DNA of 64,000 nt from positions 29,413-93,412 of IMG/VR virus record IMGVR_UViG_3300032214_001346. The stretch is one strand, 5' to 3'. This DNA is from a virus. How positions within the stretch are numbered: position 1 is the first letter of the stretch; every line of letters begins with the position of its first letter. Shown here piece after piece: positions 28,396 to 36,943 of this stretch. A program made the translations under genes and the position numbers. Below the pieces are notes generated by a model. The model saw nothing but the letters and a program-made list of their open reading frames with translations. It had not been told where the DNA came from and made no database searches.

Positions 28396-28599
28396 CTATA
28401 ACACTGTTGAAACAGCCAAGACATCATTCATGTCTTGTCCATAATATTGAACTTCAGCGGTTCTCCGTCCAAAGCGAATATCCGCGTTTCCGCCGAAGGC
28501 TCTAATTTTCCCTGCGGACATCTTGACGTACACCTGGTTATCGTCCGTTAGGGAAAAATACCCGCAGACTGGTACATCTTTAAATTGTCTAAGCTTCAT
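28396..28599 (-). CDS. Small hypothetical protein
   Basis: AAGGAG RBS, TTGACA-17-TAGACT promoter, terminator after stop. Confidence 0.65.
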   Translation of the reverse strand: MKLRQFKDVPVCGYFSLTDDNQVYVKMSAGKIRAFGGNADIRFGRRTAEVQYYGQDMNDVLAVSTVL

Positions 28600-28703
28600 T
28601 GTTTTGTCTCCTTGTCTCCTGATTTATAAATATAGTCTATCTTATTTTTTGTTTACTGTCAAGTGGTTTTAGAAAATATTTGTTTCGCTTGCTTGCTTGA
28701 ATT

Positions 28704-28811
28704 CTTGCAATTAACCCAGTCCCTCAAGTCCGGTTTCACCACGCTGAAACACAATTTAATACTTTAACTTACACCTTGCAATTAACTCAGTCCCTCAAGG
28801 TCGATTTCACC
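28704..28811 (-). CRISPR. Distal mini-array: two degenerate 37-bp repeats (28704-28740, 28775-28811) and one 34-bp spacer
   Basis: CTTGCAATTAACyCAGTCCCTCAAG....TTTCACC variants of the main repeat. Confidence 0.85.
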
Positions 28812-28941
28812 TTTACCCCTATTATAGCATTATTTCTTATTAGGAAACAATTGCTCAAGTACCCGTCCTACAGTAGTTCCTAACCACTGACCACCGCGTT
28901 TTGAGGGTATGTTTTTATTGTTTAAATAATCTGCGATCTAG

Positions 28942-29181
28942 CTAAAAATCAACTCTACCATCACTGTTTAATTGGAATGTTTCGGCGTAGTCCTTGGCGA
29001 TGAAACTGCTTATTAAGTCTACAGTGGTTACTTCGTTCATGGTTTTGTCGTAATACTGAGCATAATCTGATATGGTTTTATAGGCCACTATTAGGTTTAT
29101 GGCACTAGCTTTTAGTTCCGGGTTGTTCCAATCTGTCTTGTTGATGAACGCCAATTCTTTGCTGATATCCATTAATTCCAT
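28942..29181 (-). CDS. 79-aa hypothetical protein embedded in the CRISPR array
   Basis: ORF with an extended -10 (TGCTATAAT) upstream, inside the duplicated 36-bp unit. Confidence 0.6.
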   Translation of the reverse strand: MELMDISKELAFINKTDWNNPELKASAINLIVAYKTISDYAQYYDKTMNEVTTVDLISSFIAKDYAETFQLNSDGRVDF

Positions 29182-29236
29182 AGCTTTTAAGGGGTAGGTT
29201 TTACCCCTATTATAGCATTATTTCTTATTAGGAAAT

Positions 29237-29637
29237 CTTGCAATTAACCCAGTTTCCCAAGGTCGGCTTCACCAATTAAATAGCACCGGCACTAATGATG
29301 AGATAAGAGTCTTGCAATTAACCCAGTTCCCTAAGGTCGGTTTCACCTTCTGAATATTGAATCTTTGATAGAAGCTAACTTGCAATTAACCCAGTTCCCT
29401 AAGGTCGGTTTCACCAACTCGATGTTTTTTATTCCTGATTTTGAATCAAATCTTGCAATTAACCCAGTTCCCTAAGGTCGGTTTCACCCAAACCGGGAGG
29501 GTTGATGGAATTTAGGTCGACACTTGCAATTAACCCAGTTCCCTAAGGTCGGTTTCACCTTTGAAGCTCAAAAAAAGAGATTAGAGTTGAATTTTCTTGC
29601 CTTGCAATTAACCCAGTTCCCTAAGGTCGGTTTCACC
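29237..29637 (-). CRISPR. CRISPR array: six 37-bp repeats (GGTGAAACCGACCTTAGGGAACTGGGTTAATTGCAAG) and five spacers of 31-41 bp
   Basis: Repeats start at 29237 (3 mismatches), 29311, 29379, 29452, 29523 and 29601, with unique spacers. Orientation inferred from the effector gene and the ATTGCAAG end. Confidence 0.97.
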
Positions 29638-31371
29638 TGCCGTATCCCAGATCGTAAGCTGTGTAAAGGTTTCATCCCCTGATTGCGCGGATCTCTTATT
29701 TTTCTTTGTTCCAGGTTTTTGAGTTTTCGCTGAATTAGCTGAAATGCTTATTGGGTAAGGTGCGCGGGTGCTTGGTAAATTGTCAAGGTTCGGATTGCTT
29801 ACGGTGTCTACCTTTGAGGTTGTTTTCACGGCTTTAGAGGTTTTTACATCCCCCCTTCCGCGCTGAGTTCCCCTTTCGGGGTTTAATTGGGAGGAATATC
29901 CATCCTCCGGTGGTGCTTGCACACCTTCCTGGTGACATCCCGTATTGGAATCAGAGCCAGGCTTTCGGGTTTCCCCATGTTCCCACGCCCAAGCGCGGTA
30001 CACTGCTGATAATTGTTTTTTGCCTTTGAGCAAGATGTTCTTAGCTGCATTAGAATCACGTCCTTCTGTGTGACCACATTCTGTACAGCGGTGAGTTCTT
30101 TGGCTCAATGCTTTCTTTATTTTAGCACCACATTTTGAACAGTCAACCGTAGTGAAATGAGCAGCAACTTTTACAAACTCTCTATCAGTATCTTTACACT
30201 TTGTTTCAATTTTACTGATTAAATCACCCAGTGCTGAATCAGCAAAACTTTTGTTTAACCCAGCTTTACGTTTTGCACCGTTTTGTTCATAGCCATTGCC
30301 GTCCTCACGTTTCTTGGCTTTGGGCTTACGGTTCAGGTTTTGTATCTTTAAGTCTTCCATCACAATCCCAGAATACTCACGCACAACTTTAGTAGATAAC
30401 TTATGGTTAAAAGCGTTACGGCTGCGGCGGATCTTTTCATGGTGTAAAGCTATTTTTTGATAGGTTTTCTTCTGATTACATCCTCCCTTTTGTTGCCTAG
30501 ACGCTTTACGCTGTAACCGTCTTAGCTTTGCTTGTTGTTTCCTAAATAGCTTAGGCGGTTCTATTTCTCTCCCCTGATCTGTGGTGATAATTGATAGTAA
30601 ACCCGGATCAATTCCTACTGCTTTATCAGATTTTGGTAATGGGTCATTGGGGATATCAACGCATACATGAAGATAGTAACCTGATGGTTCTTTAACTATT
30701 CTGGCAGGACCCCATTCTTGCCAGTCATATCTATCAAATAATCCTTTAACTTTAATTTTACCAAGTTTAGGGAACTGGACATAGCCATTATTTGAGCCGG
30801 GTATTTTTTCCGGTTTTAGTTCTTTGGATAAACCCCCAGCATTGAGATTAACAAGTGACTTGATTTTATCATTTCTCCCTTTGAATTTTGGCTTTCTACC
30901 GGGGTGTTTTGGGGTAACGTAAGCTTTCCATGATTTCTTTAAAGAATCAATTACCCCTGCCTTAAATTTAGTGGGAACATCTGCCATAAAGTCGGGAATA
31001 TTGTCACTCCTATAAAATTCACATTGTCCATATTTATCAGGGTTTTCAATATTCAAATGTTGTCTAATTTCACAGTAAGGATGACCGCTTTTAGGTCTGA
31101 TGACACCTGTACCGACTAAGCGGACTTTTTCCCACTTCTCAGTAGACTTACCTTTCTTGTCTTCAGTAACAACCTTTCGCCATTTCCACTGCAAAACTAC
31201 ACCATCAGGAATAATGCGATCGCTTATTTCTTTCTCTCTATAATATTTCTGTCTTCCTGCTAGTTTGAGTGACAGCCCTGTATTCCAAACCCACTTGAGT
31301 TTGTCTAGCCATTGATTAATCGTTTGTACCTGTGCAACCGTGGGGTCAAGTTTAAATTCAAAAGTTTTCAT
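29608..31371 (-). CDS. CRISPR-associated TnpB-like RNA-guided nuclease (compact type V, Cas12f/V-U2-like)
   Basis: N-terminal FKLDPT...WVWN; RuvC-I GIDPG, RuvC-II VMEDL, CxxC..CxxC zinc ribbon, RuvC-III RDSNAAKNI. Adjacent array; no tnpA or cas1/cas2 in window. Confidence 0.9.
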   Translation of the reverse strand: MKTFEFKLDPTVAQVQTINQWLDKLKWVWNTGLSLKLAGRQKYYREKEISDRIIPDGVVLQWKWRKVVTEDKKGKSTEKWEKVRLVGTGVIRPKSGHPYCEIRQHLNIENPDKYGQCEFYRSDNIPDFMADVPTKFKAGVIDSLKKSWKAYVTPKHPGRKPKFKGRNDKIKSLVNLNAGGLSKELKPEKIPGSNNGYVQFPKLGKIKVKGLFDRYDWQEWGPARIVKEPSGYYLHVCVDIPNDPLPKSDKAVGIDPGLLSIITTDQGREIEPPKLFRKQQAKLRRLQRKASRQQKGGCNQKKTYQKIALHHEKIRRSRNAFNHKLSTKVVREYSGIVMEDLKIQNLNRKPKAKKREDGNGYEQNGAKRKAGLNKSFADSALGDLISKIETKCKDTDREFVKVAAHFTTVDCSKCGAKIKKALSQRTHRCTECGHTEGRDSNAAKNILLKGKKQLSAVYRAWAWEHGETRKPGSDSNTGCHQEGVQAPPEDGYSSQLNPERGTQRGRGDVKTSKAVKTTSKVDTVSNPNLDNLPSTRAPYPISISANSAKTQKPGTKKNKRSAQSGDETFTQLTIWDTAGETDLRELG

Positions 31372-31579
31372 GGTAAAATAGATGCGTGGGTATGTTGGAC
31401 CTACTCCTAGTGGTGGATTGATGCTGAGAACATCACCACGCGACTAGGTTTAAATATTATAGCATTTAAACCAAATATATGACATTGAGGCAATTGAAAC
31501 AGAAACTTTACGCTACAATAATAATGTCAAGCTCAGATATATTAAGGGTGCTGTCAGTAATGCTGACAGCTTTATCATT

Positions 31580-31909
31580 ATGTTCCCAAATGCGCCTAGT
31601 TCTCTTAAAATCAGTTGGGATAATGCCATAAGTTTTGAAGCAAGTTTCTTATCTCAAAACTACCAGGGTGGTGTGGATGAGAAAGGGAATAGAAACCAGC
31701 TTAACCAGGTGGTCGGTACGCAGACTTTGACCTTGACCATTGATAGTTTATTTACTTATTCAGAGATTGATACTTTTTTAACTAATAATTTAAGTAAGCC
31801 TTTCTACTTTAATTCCACTTTGTACCGTTGCGAGACGTTTAAGTGGACACCATCTAGCGATAAGGTGTTTAAGTTGGAACTGAGTTTAATTCAAATATTT
31901 AGACCTTAA
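31580..31909 (+). CDS. Probable phage minor tail protein (lambda gpM/Dit-like), displaced from the tail module
   Basis: EIDTFL....KPFYF....YRC..FKW...L.QIFRP pattern. Confidence 0.5.
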   Translation: MFPNAPSSLKISWDNAISFEASFLSQNYQGGVDEKGNRNQLNQVVGTQTLTLTIDSLFTYSEIDTFLTNNLSKPFYFNSTLYRCETFKWTPSSDKVFKLELSLIQIFRP

Positions 31910-32025
31910 TCAAGTCTAATCGGGCTATATATTCAATAAAAATTATAAGATATTTCTACTGATATTGTGCATAACAATTAATTATATGTAATTATTAAAA
32001 ATAAAAATGTTGAGGTTTTAATACT

Positions 32026-32580
32026 ATGAAATGGGAAAAACTACCAAAACCTTGGACTAAAGAACAGTGTCGCCGTCGCTACGTTGAAAGTGAAGAGGAT
32101 ATAGGTATTAGAAAACTGGCTGTCGAGGCTGGCTTGGGTAAGGGAACTGTTGAGGTATGGGTAAGACGAGAATTATGGGTAGACCAAAGGCGACAGTACC
32201 AAGACACCCTAAAGACAACTATTCAAGTTAAAACTATACAGAAAGCATCTGAGAAAATATCAGATGAACTCTCTCAAATTGTCATTGAAAATTACAAAGT
32301 ACACAAACTTGCTAGGGATTATGTGGCTAAAATAATTGAGGTTAAAGCTAGACAATTGGCAGAAGATTTAGAACTGACGGGAGAAGAAAGAAAGAAAGCA
32401 ATTTCTCTACATAGCGCACCTGAAACAAATCAATGGTCACAGGCATTGCAGCGGTCAACAAGTGCCATTAATGAGACTAGAGGGATTAAATACTTTGTTG
32501 ATGTCAACGCAGCTGCTGATAAGCTATCTAGGGAAGGCTACCAAATTATTGATCCAAGTGAAGATAATGAAGATATTTAA
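32026..32580 (+). CDS. Probable terminase small subunit
   Basis: N-terminal HTH (RYV...GIRKLA....GTV..W...E.W..QR) followed by a helical region. Confidence 0.55.
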   Translation: MKWEKLPKPWTKEQCRRRYVESEEDIGIRKLAVEAGLGKGTVEVWVRRELWVDQRRQYQDTLKTTIQVKTIQKASEKISDELSQIVIENYKVHKLARDYVAKIIEVKARQLAEDLELTGEERKKAISLHSAPETNQWSQALQRSTSAINETRGIKYFVDVNAAADKLSREGYQIIDPSEDNEDI

Positions 32581-32878
32581 GATTTTTGATTTTACTGGAC
32601 ATGGTGCGATCGCTATTGAGCATGGAGAAACTGTATATAAGGCAATTCATTACCACTTACTACGTAATGAGTTGGTGCAATTGGATTTTACAGGAATTGA
32701 GATTTTAGGTACTGCATTTGTGGGAGTTGCCCTAAAGCAACTCCTGAGGGATATTTCCCAGGAAAAAGTGAATGGCTTAATTGAGTTTACTGGACTCAGT
32801 GATGATAAACGTGATATGATACAGCGTGTAATGAAAAAAGCGTATAAGTGGTACTTTGATGAACAAAATCAAGCGTAG
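32567..32878 (+). CDS. STAS-like DUF4325 protein
   Basis: G..VY..I...VQLDFTGIEILGTAFV...L. Confidence 0.7.
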   Translation: MKIFKIFDFTGHGAIAIEHGETVYKAIHYHLLRNELVQLDFTGIEILGTAFVGVALKQLLRDISQEKVNGLIEFTGLSDDKRDMIQRVMKKAYKWYFDEQNQA

Positions 32879-33395
32879 CCAGATAGAAGAATGGGATATT
32901 GATCGGCTGTCTCCTTATGAGAACAATGCTAAGTTGCACCCTGATTCTCACATTGAACAGATAGCTAACTCCATTGAGGAATTTACTTTTCTCGACCCGG
33001 TGGCAGTAGATGAGAATGGTGAAATACTAGAAGGTCACGGTCGGCTTTTAGCAGCCAAGAAACGGGGTGATAGTACAATTCCCGTAATTCAAGTTACTGG
33101 GCTGTCAGATGCTCAAAAAGTGGCATATCGGTTAGCACATAACAAACTGACCATGAACACTGGATTTGATCCTGATATGTTGAAACTGGATTTTGAGTTT
33201 CTACAGGATAGTGAATTTGATCTGGGTTTAACGGGCTTTGGGGAATTGGAATTAAGTTTTCTGGATGATGAACAGGAAGAGGAAATTAATGAACCTTACA
33301 GCCCAAAATCGTCAACCAAGGAAGTCAATGTAGATGAGTTTGAATTTGACCACAAGTGTCCTAAATGTGGTTTTCAGTACAATGATAAAAAATGA
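32856..33395 (+). CDS. ParB/Srx N-terminal domain protein
   Basis: LSPYENNAKLH...IANSIEEF...ILEGHGRLLAA...RLAHNKL; C-terminal CPKCG. Confidence 0.85.
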   Translation: MMNKIKRSQIEEWDIDRLSPYENNAKLHPDSHIEQIANSIEEFTFLDPVAVDENGEILEGHGRLLAAKKRGDSTIPVIQVTGLSDAQKVAYRLAHNKLTMNTGFDPDMLKLDFEFLQDSEFDLGLTGFGELELSFLDDEQEEEINEPYSPKSSTKEVNVDEFEFDHKCPKCGFQYNDKK

Positions 33396-34435
33396 ATAAT
33401 CCCCACGCCTGGTACTTAAAAGATTTGAAGCTTATACCCCAAAATGGACTAAAGGTAATGTCAACTTTTAGTTGCGGTGGTGGTAGTTCTTTAGGCTATA
33501 AACTAGCAGGCTGCAATGTCATTGCTGCTAATGATATTGATCCGGAAATGGCTTATCATTATCAGCTAAATCTTAATCCTCAACATTATTTCTTGTGTCC
33601 AGTCAAAGACTTAATCAAGAAACAGTTGCCCAGTGAACTCTATCACTTAGATATATTAGATGGCAGCCCTCCTTGTTCTAATTTTTCAGTATCAGGGAAC
33701 AGAGAAAAGGACTGGGGGAAGAAAAAACACTTTCGGGAAGGTCAAGCTGTACAGGTTCTTGATGACCTGTTCTTTGATTATTTAAACTTAGTTCAAAAGC
33801 TAAAACCCAAGGTGGCGATCGCTGAAAATGTCAAGGGGTTAATATTAGGTAATGCTAAAGGTTACTGCAAACTCATTATTGACAGATTCAAAGCTATTGG
33901 TTACAGCCCCCAACTATTCTTAGTTAATGCTGCGGACTGTGGTGTACCGCAGAGACGAGAACGGGTATTTTTTATTGCACTACGCAACGATATTCATAAG
34001 CCTAAGCTGATATTAGCACCTAAGCACCGATGGGTTAGCACGGGAGAAGCCACTAGTGATTTGCAAGTGCTTACACAGGATGAAATTAAAGAAACCCGTC
34101 CTAGTCCCAACGATATTAAGTGTTGGGAGCATACACGCAAAGGTGATATGTACAAAACTTTTTTATTAAAGACAGAGAAACGTAATGCTTGCTTTAACAA
34201 TATTAGGTTAGATGATAGTTGCCCTGCTAGTACGCTTAGTTCTACACCGGAACTATATACGCACTGGGATGTATGCAGAAAACTAACTTATAGAGAATAT
34301 AAACGCTTAGGCTCATTTCCAGATGATTATAAAGCCAGAAGTACAAGGATAGGTAAATATATGATAGGTATGAGTGTACCACCGCGCATGATGGAAAAGG
34401 TAGCACAAGCGGTAATTAGTCAGTGGTTATTGTGA
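33392..34435 (+). CDS. DNA (cytosine-5) methyltransferase
   Basis: FSCGGG, GSPPC, ENVKG, PQRRERVF motifs. Confidence 0.93.
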   Translation: MNNPHAWYLKDLKLIPQNGLKVMSTFSCGGGSSLGYKLAGCNVIAANDIDPEMAYHYQLNLNPQHYFLCPVKDLIKKQLPSELYHLDILDGSPPCSNFSVSGNREKDWGKKKHFREGQAVQVLDDLFFDYLNLVQKLKPKVAIAENVKGLILGNAKGYCKLIIDRFKAIGYSPQLFLVNAADCGVPQRRERVFFIALRNDIHKPKLILAPKHRWVSTGEATSDLQVLTQDEIKETRPSPNDIKCWEHTRKGDMYKTFLLKTEKRNACFNNIRLDDSCPASTLSSTPELYTHWDVCRKLTYREYKRLGSFPDDYKARSTRIGKYMIGMSVPPRMMEKVAQAVISQWLL

Positions 34436-34561
34436 GTTTTTTGGCAATGTATTAAAAGCTGTGCTATAATAATTGAAACCAGCACCGTAAAGAGTGTAGT
34501 AGCACTCAGAACGGTTGTATCGCTGGTTAACATTTCACCCGTAAGAGCGGGTTAATCTGTC

Positions 34562-35383
34562 ATGACTAATTTAGCATTAATCGTTGAACAAATCAAGAAT
34601 GAAATTACCGTTGACTCCGAAGGTAAGGGTAAAGCCTCTATTCGTGCGGTCGCTAGACTGATGGATGTTGATCATGTTTCACTTTTGAGTAGCTTCAAGA
34701 GTGGTGAACAAAACCCCTCTAAATTGGCTGAAATGCTTACAGAGTATGGGTTTGATAGTGGGGAACAAATCTCGTGGTCAGAAGCAGGAATACCAGATGT
34801 AGCGATCGCAGTCATAGCGAAATACTACGCATATAAAGCTGGTAGGTATTGTAAGAAACAAGCTGAACTTGTGGATACTGTTTTTACGTCCATTGGTGTC
34901 CGGGTATGGATGCAAAAACAGGTGGGTTGGGAAAAACAAGAATCTAAGGATAGGGGGCTTGTGGGATTGTGTCAAGATGCAAGTATACTTATAGATTTAA
35001 TACTTGATGGTACTGACGTTCACCCCAACTTAAAAGCCGCAGTCAAGGCTAACCAAATAGCCAAGATTTACCCGGCGCTCGCTTCGGCGATGGAGGAATC
35101 AAAGTCACTGCTAAGTATTCCTGTTGAGGATAAGCTGATCAGACCAGGCAAACTAGCGGAACTATATGAAGCTAGAACCGGGGTGAAATTGTCAGCACAA
35201 AAGATGAACTCGTTACTAGCTGAAAAGGGATTACAGGTCAAAAACACCCCCAACAGCAACCCTTTATGGCTACCCACAGAGGAAGGAAAACAATATTCCC
35301 AAGTGGTTTTAGATACTGCAAAGGGACATAACAAAACCGTCCAGTCGCTACAGTGGTACCCATCTGTGGTTGATGTCATTTAA
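34562..35383 (+). CDS. Antirepressor-like protein sharing its C-terminal domain with 21405-22193
   Basis: KANQIAK.YPALASAMEESK...LDTAKGHNKTVQSLQWYPSVVDVI nearly identical; different N-terminus. Confidence 0.75.
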   Translation: MTNLALIVEQIKNEITVDSEGKGKASIRAVARLMDVDHVSLLSSFKSGEQNPSKLAEMLTEYGFDSGEQISWSEAGIPDVAIAVIAKYYAYKAGRYCKKQAELVDTVFTSIGVRVWMQKQVGWEKQESKDRGLVGLCQDASILIDLILDGTDVHPNLKAAVKANQIAKIYPALASAMEESKSLLSIPVEDKLIRPGKLAELYEARTGVKLSAQKMNSLLAEKGLQVKNTPNSNPLWLPTEEGKQYSQVVLDTAKGHNKTVQSLQWYPSVVDVI

Positions 35384-35433
35384 TTATTCAAAAACAAACC
35401 CCCCGGATTAGTGCTAATCCGGGGGGTTTAAAA

Positions 35434-35685
35434 TTAAATAGACATGAGAAACTTGCGCGGTGGTCGTTTAAGCGTGAGCCATTCTTGCCTATAGGCGACT
35501 TTTAAGGGTCGCCAGTCTATAGTAACTACTCTATCTTTCAGTTTCCTGATGACCTTCCAGTCAACGTAATCAGTTCCTAATTGCTCAGAAGCATACCTTA
35601 CCAGGGACTCTTTATCCCAGGTTTTGACTTCAGTGGCATCAATGGTAATAAGCTTAGATTTGTCAGTTTCAAATTCAATGAACAT
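35434..35685 (-). CDS. Hypothetical protein
   Basis: GGGAG RBS and conserved promoter. Confidence 0.6.
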   Translation of the reverse strand: MFIEFETDKSKLITIDATEVKTWDKESLVRYASEQLGTDYVDWKVIRKLKDRVVTIDWRPLKVAYRQEWLTLKRPPRKFLMSI

Positions 35686-35958
35686 TTGTGTCTCCCTTGT
35701 TTCCTGTGTATGTAACTGCTATAGTCTATTCTACTATTTATTGTCAAGTAGTTTGTGTACTGAACTTTTACAAATATCTTTGTGTAGCTATTTTACGGTT
35801 GGGTACTTGAGCGATCGCTGTCCAGTTGCACCCCAATAATCCCCAATCTCTTGTAAATCAAGGGCTTTAAGAATTTATAAAATATTTTCTAAAATCTATT
35901 GACAATAAATAACTTGATAGACTATAGTAGTTACATAAGCAAAACACGGGAAACAAGT

Positions 35959-36132
35959 ATGAAGTATAGATGGAAAGACGGCAAGGCACAGGCGATCGCT
36001 TACGTTCCTGCGTTAGGCAAATGTGTAGTTGTTAAAGAAGCTAACAGCATTCATGACTTATATGGCGGCGATGAAGACGGTGATGAAGATGAAGATGATG
36101 ACGACACAGATGAAGATGAAGAAAAAAATTAA
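35959..36132 (+). CDS. Small protein with acidic tail
   Basis: ATG after the conserved promoter; D/E-rich C-terminus; terminator follows. Confidence 0.55.
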   Translation: MKYRWKDGKAQAIAYVPALGKCVVVKEANSIHDLYGGDEDGDEDEDDDDTDEDEEKN

Positions 36133-36332
36133 ACCATAATTGCAACCCTCTTGACTATCAAGAGGGTTTTTTAATGAGTTCCTGATAAATTATATTGGCT
36201 GTAACTCTAAAGTTATCAACGGCACTTTTTAGCTTACTTAATTCGGTTTTAAGTTTATCTGAATCTTTTATAAAATTCATATTTTTTATGAGTTCATGTA
36301 GATATTGTAGCATTATATTTTTAATTGTAGCA

Positions 36333-36659
36333 TTATATTTTTAATTTCCGCAACCGTTGATAATTTCGCTTTAGGCGGGCTGTAAACTCAGCGGTATTAT
36401 GATTCTTCCATTCTGGATTTACAGAGTCTATAATCCAATTTTTGGGACTATGACAGACAGTTTTATGACAGTGTCTACAGACTGGGAAAATATTAATCCC
36501 ATATCTGTCTCCTGACTTCCTATAACTAGAGTGGTGGACTTGTTCAGACTTATTAATCAAGCACACACAACAAATCCCATGGGTTCTTATATGTGCGTTG
36601 CGGCACTTTTTTTTATGCTTTTTGGCGTTGCTTCCATATCGAATTTGGTAGTTAGTCAT
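36333..36659 (-). CDS. HNH-type endonuclease-like protein
   Basis: THGICCVC...VHHSSY...FPVCRHCH. Confidence 0.65.
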   Translation of the reverse strand: MTNYQIRYGSNAKKHKKKCRNAHIRTHGICCVCLINKSEQVHHSSYRKSGDRYGINIFPVCRHCHKTVCHSPKNWIIDSVNPEWKNHNTAEFTARLKRNYQRLRKLKI

Positions 36660-36736
36660 TGTGACAAATAGATAACTACTACCAATGATAATAAAAAACC
36701 CGCTTAAATTAAAGTTTAAGCAGGTGTAGTTTATTT

Positions 36737-36943
36737 AATTTGTCCCTAAGCAATCGTGCCAAAGGACAAAAAGCCATAAAAATTGCCTGTTTAAATTAAA
36801 TTTAAACAGGCTCAATCATGCCAAATGCTGATTATCTCGTTATTCAATCGTGCCAACCGTTCCTGGGGATTTTGAACGGTATTCATTGAACTTATTGCCC
36901 TGTAAAGGTTTTAGCCAGGGACAGGCAATTGGCACGATTAAAA
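36737..36943. repeat. ~205-bp element with inverted AATCGTGCCA ends, copy 2 (inverted relative to 5613-5820)
   Basis: Reverse complement gives TTAATCGTGCCAATTGCCTGTC and TGGCACGATTGCTTA.GGACAAA. Confidence 0.7.

Noticed and set aside
28848-28890. Possible highly degenerate CRISPR repeat next to the second spacer copy
   Set aside because: Only patchy similarity (TTGC..ACCC..CCTA) that needs several gaps.
29608-31371. Ordinary IS200/IS605 insertion sequence
   Set aside because: No tnpA nearby, and the gene is fused to a regular repeat-spacer array.
35899-35958. TTG starts given by the ORF track for 35899-36132 and 36938-37279
   Set aside because: These TTGs are the -35 box (TTGACA); better ATG starts lie at 35959 and 37213.
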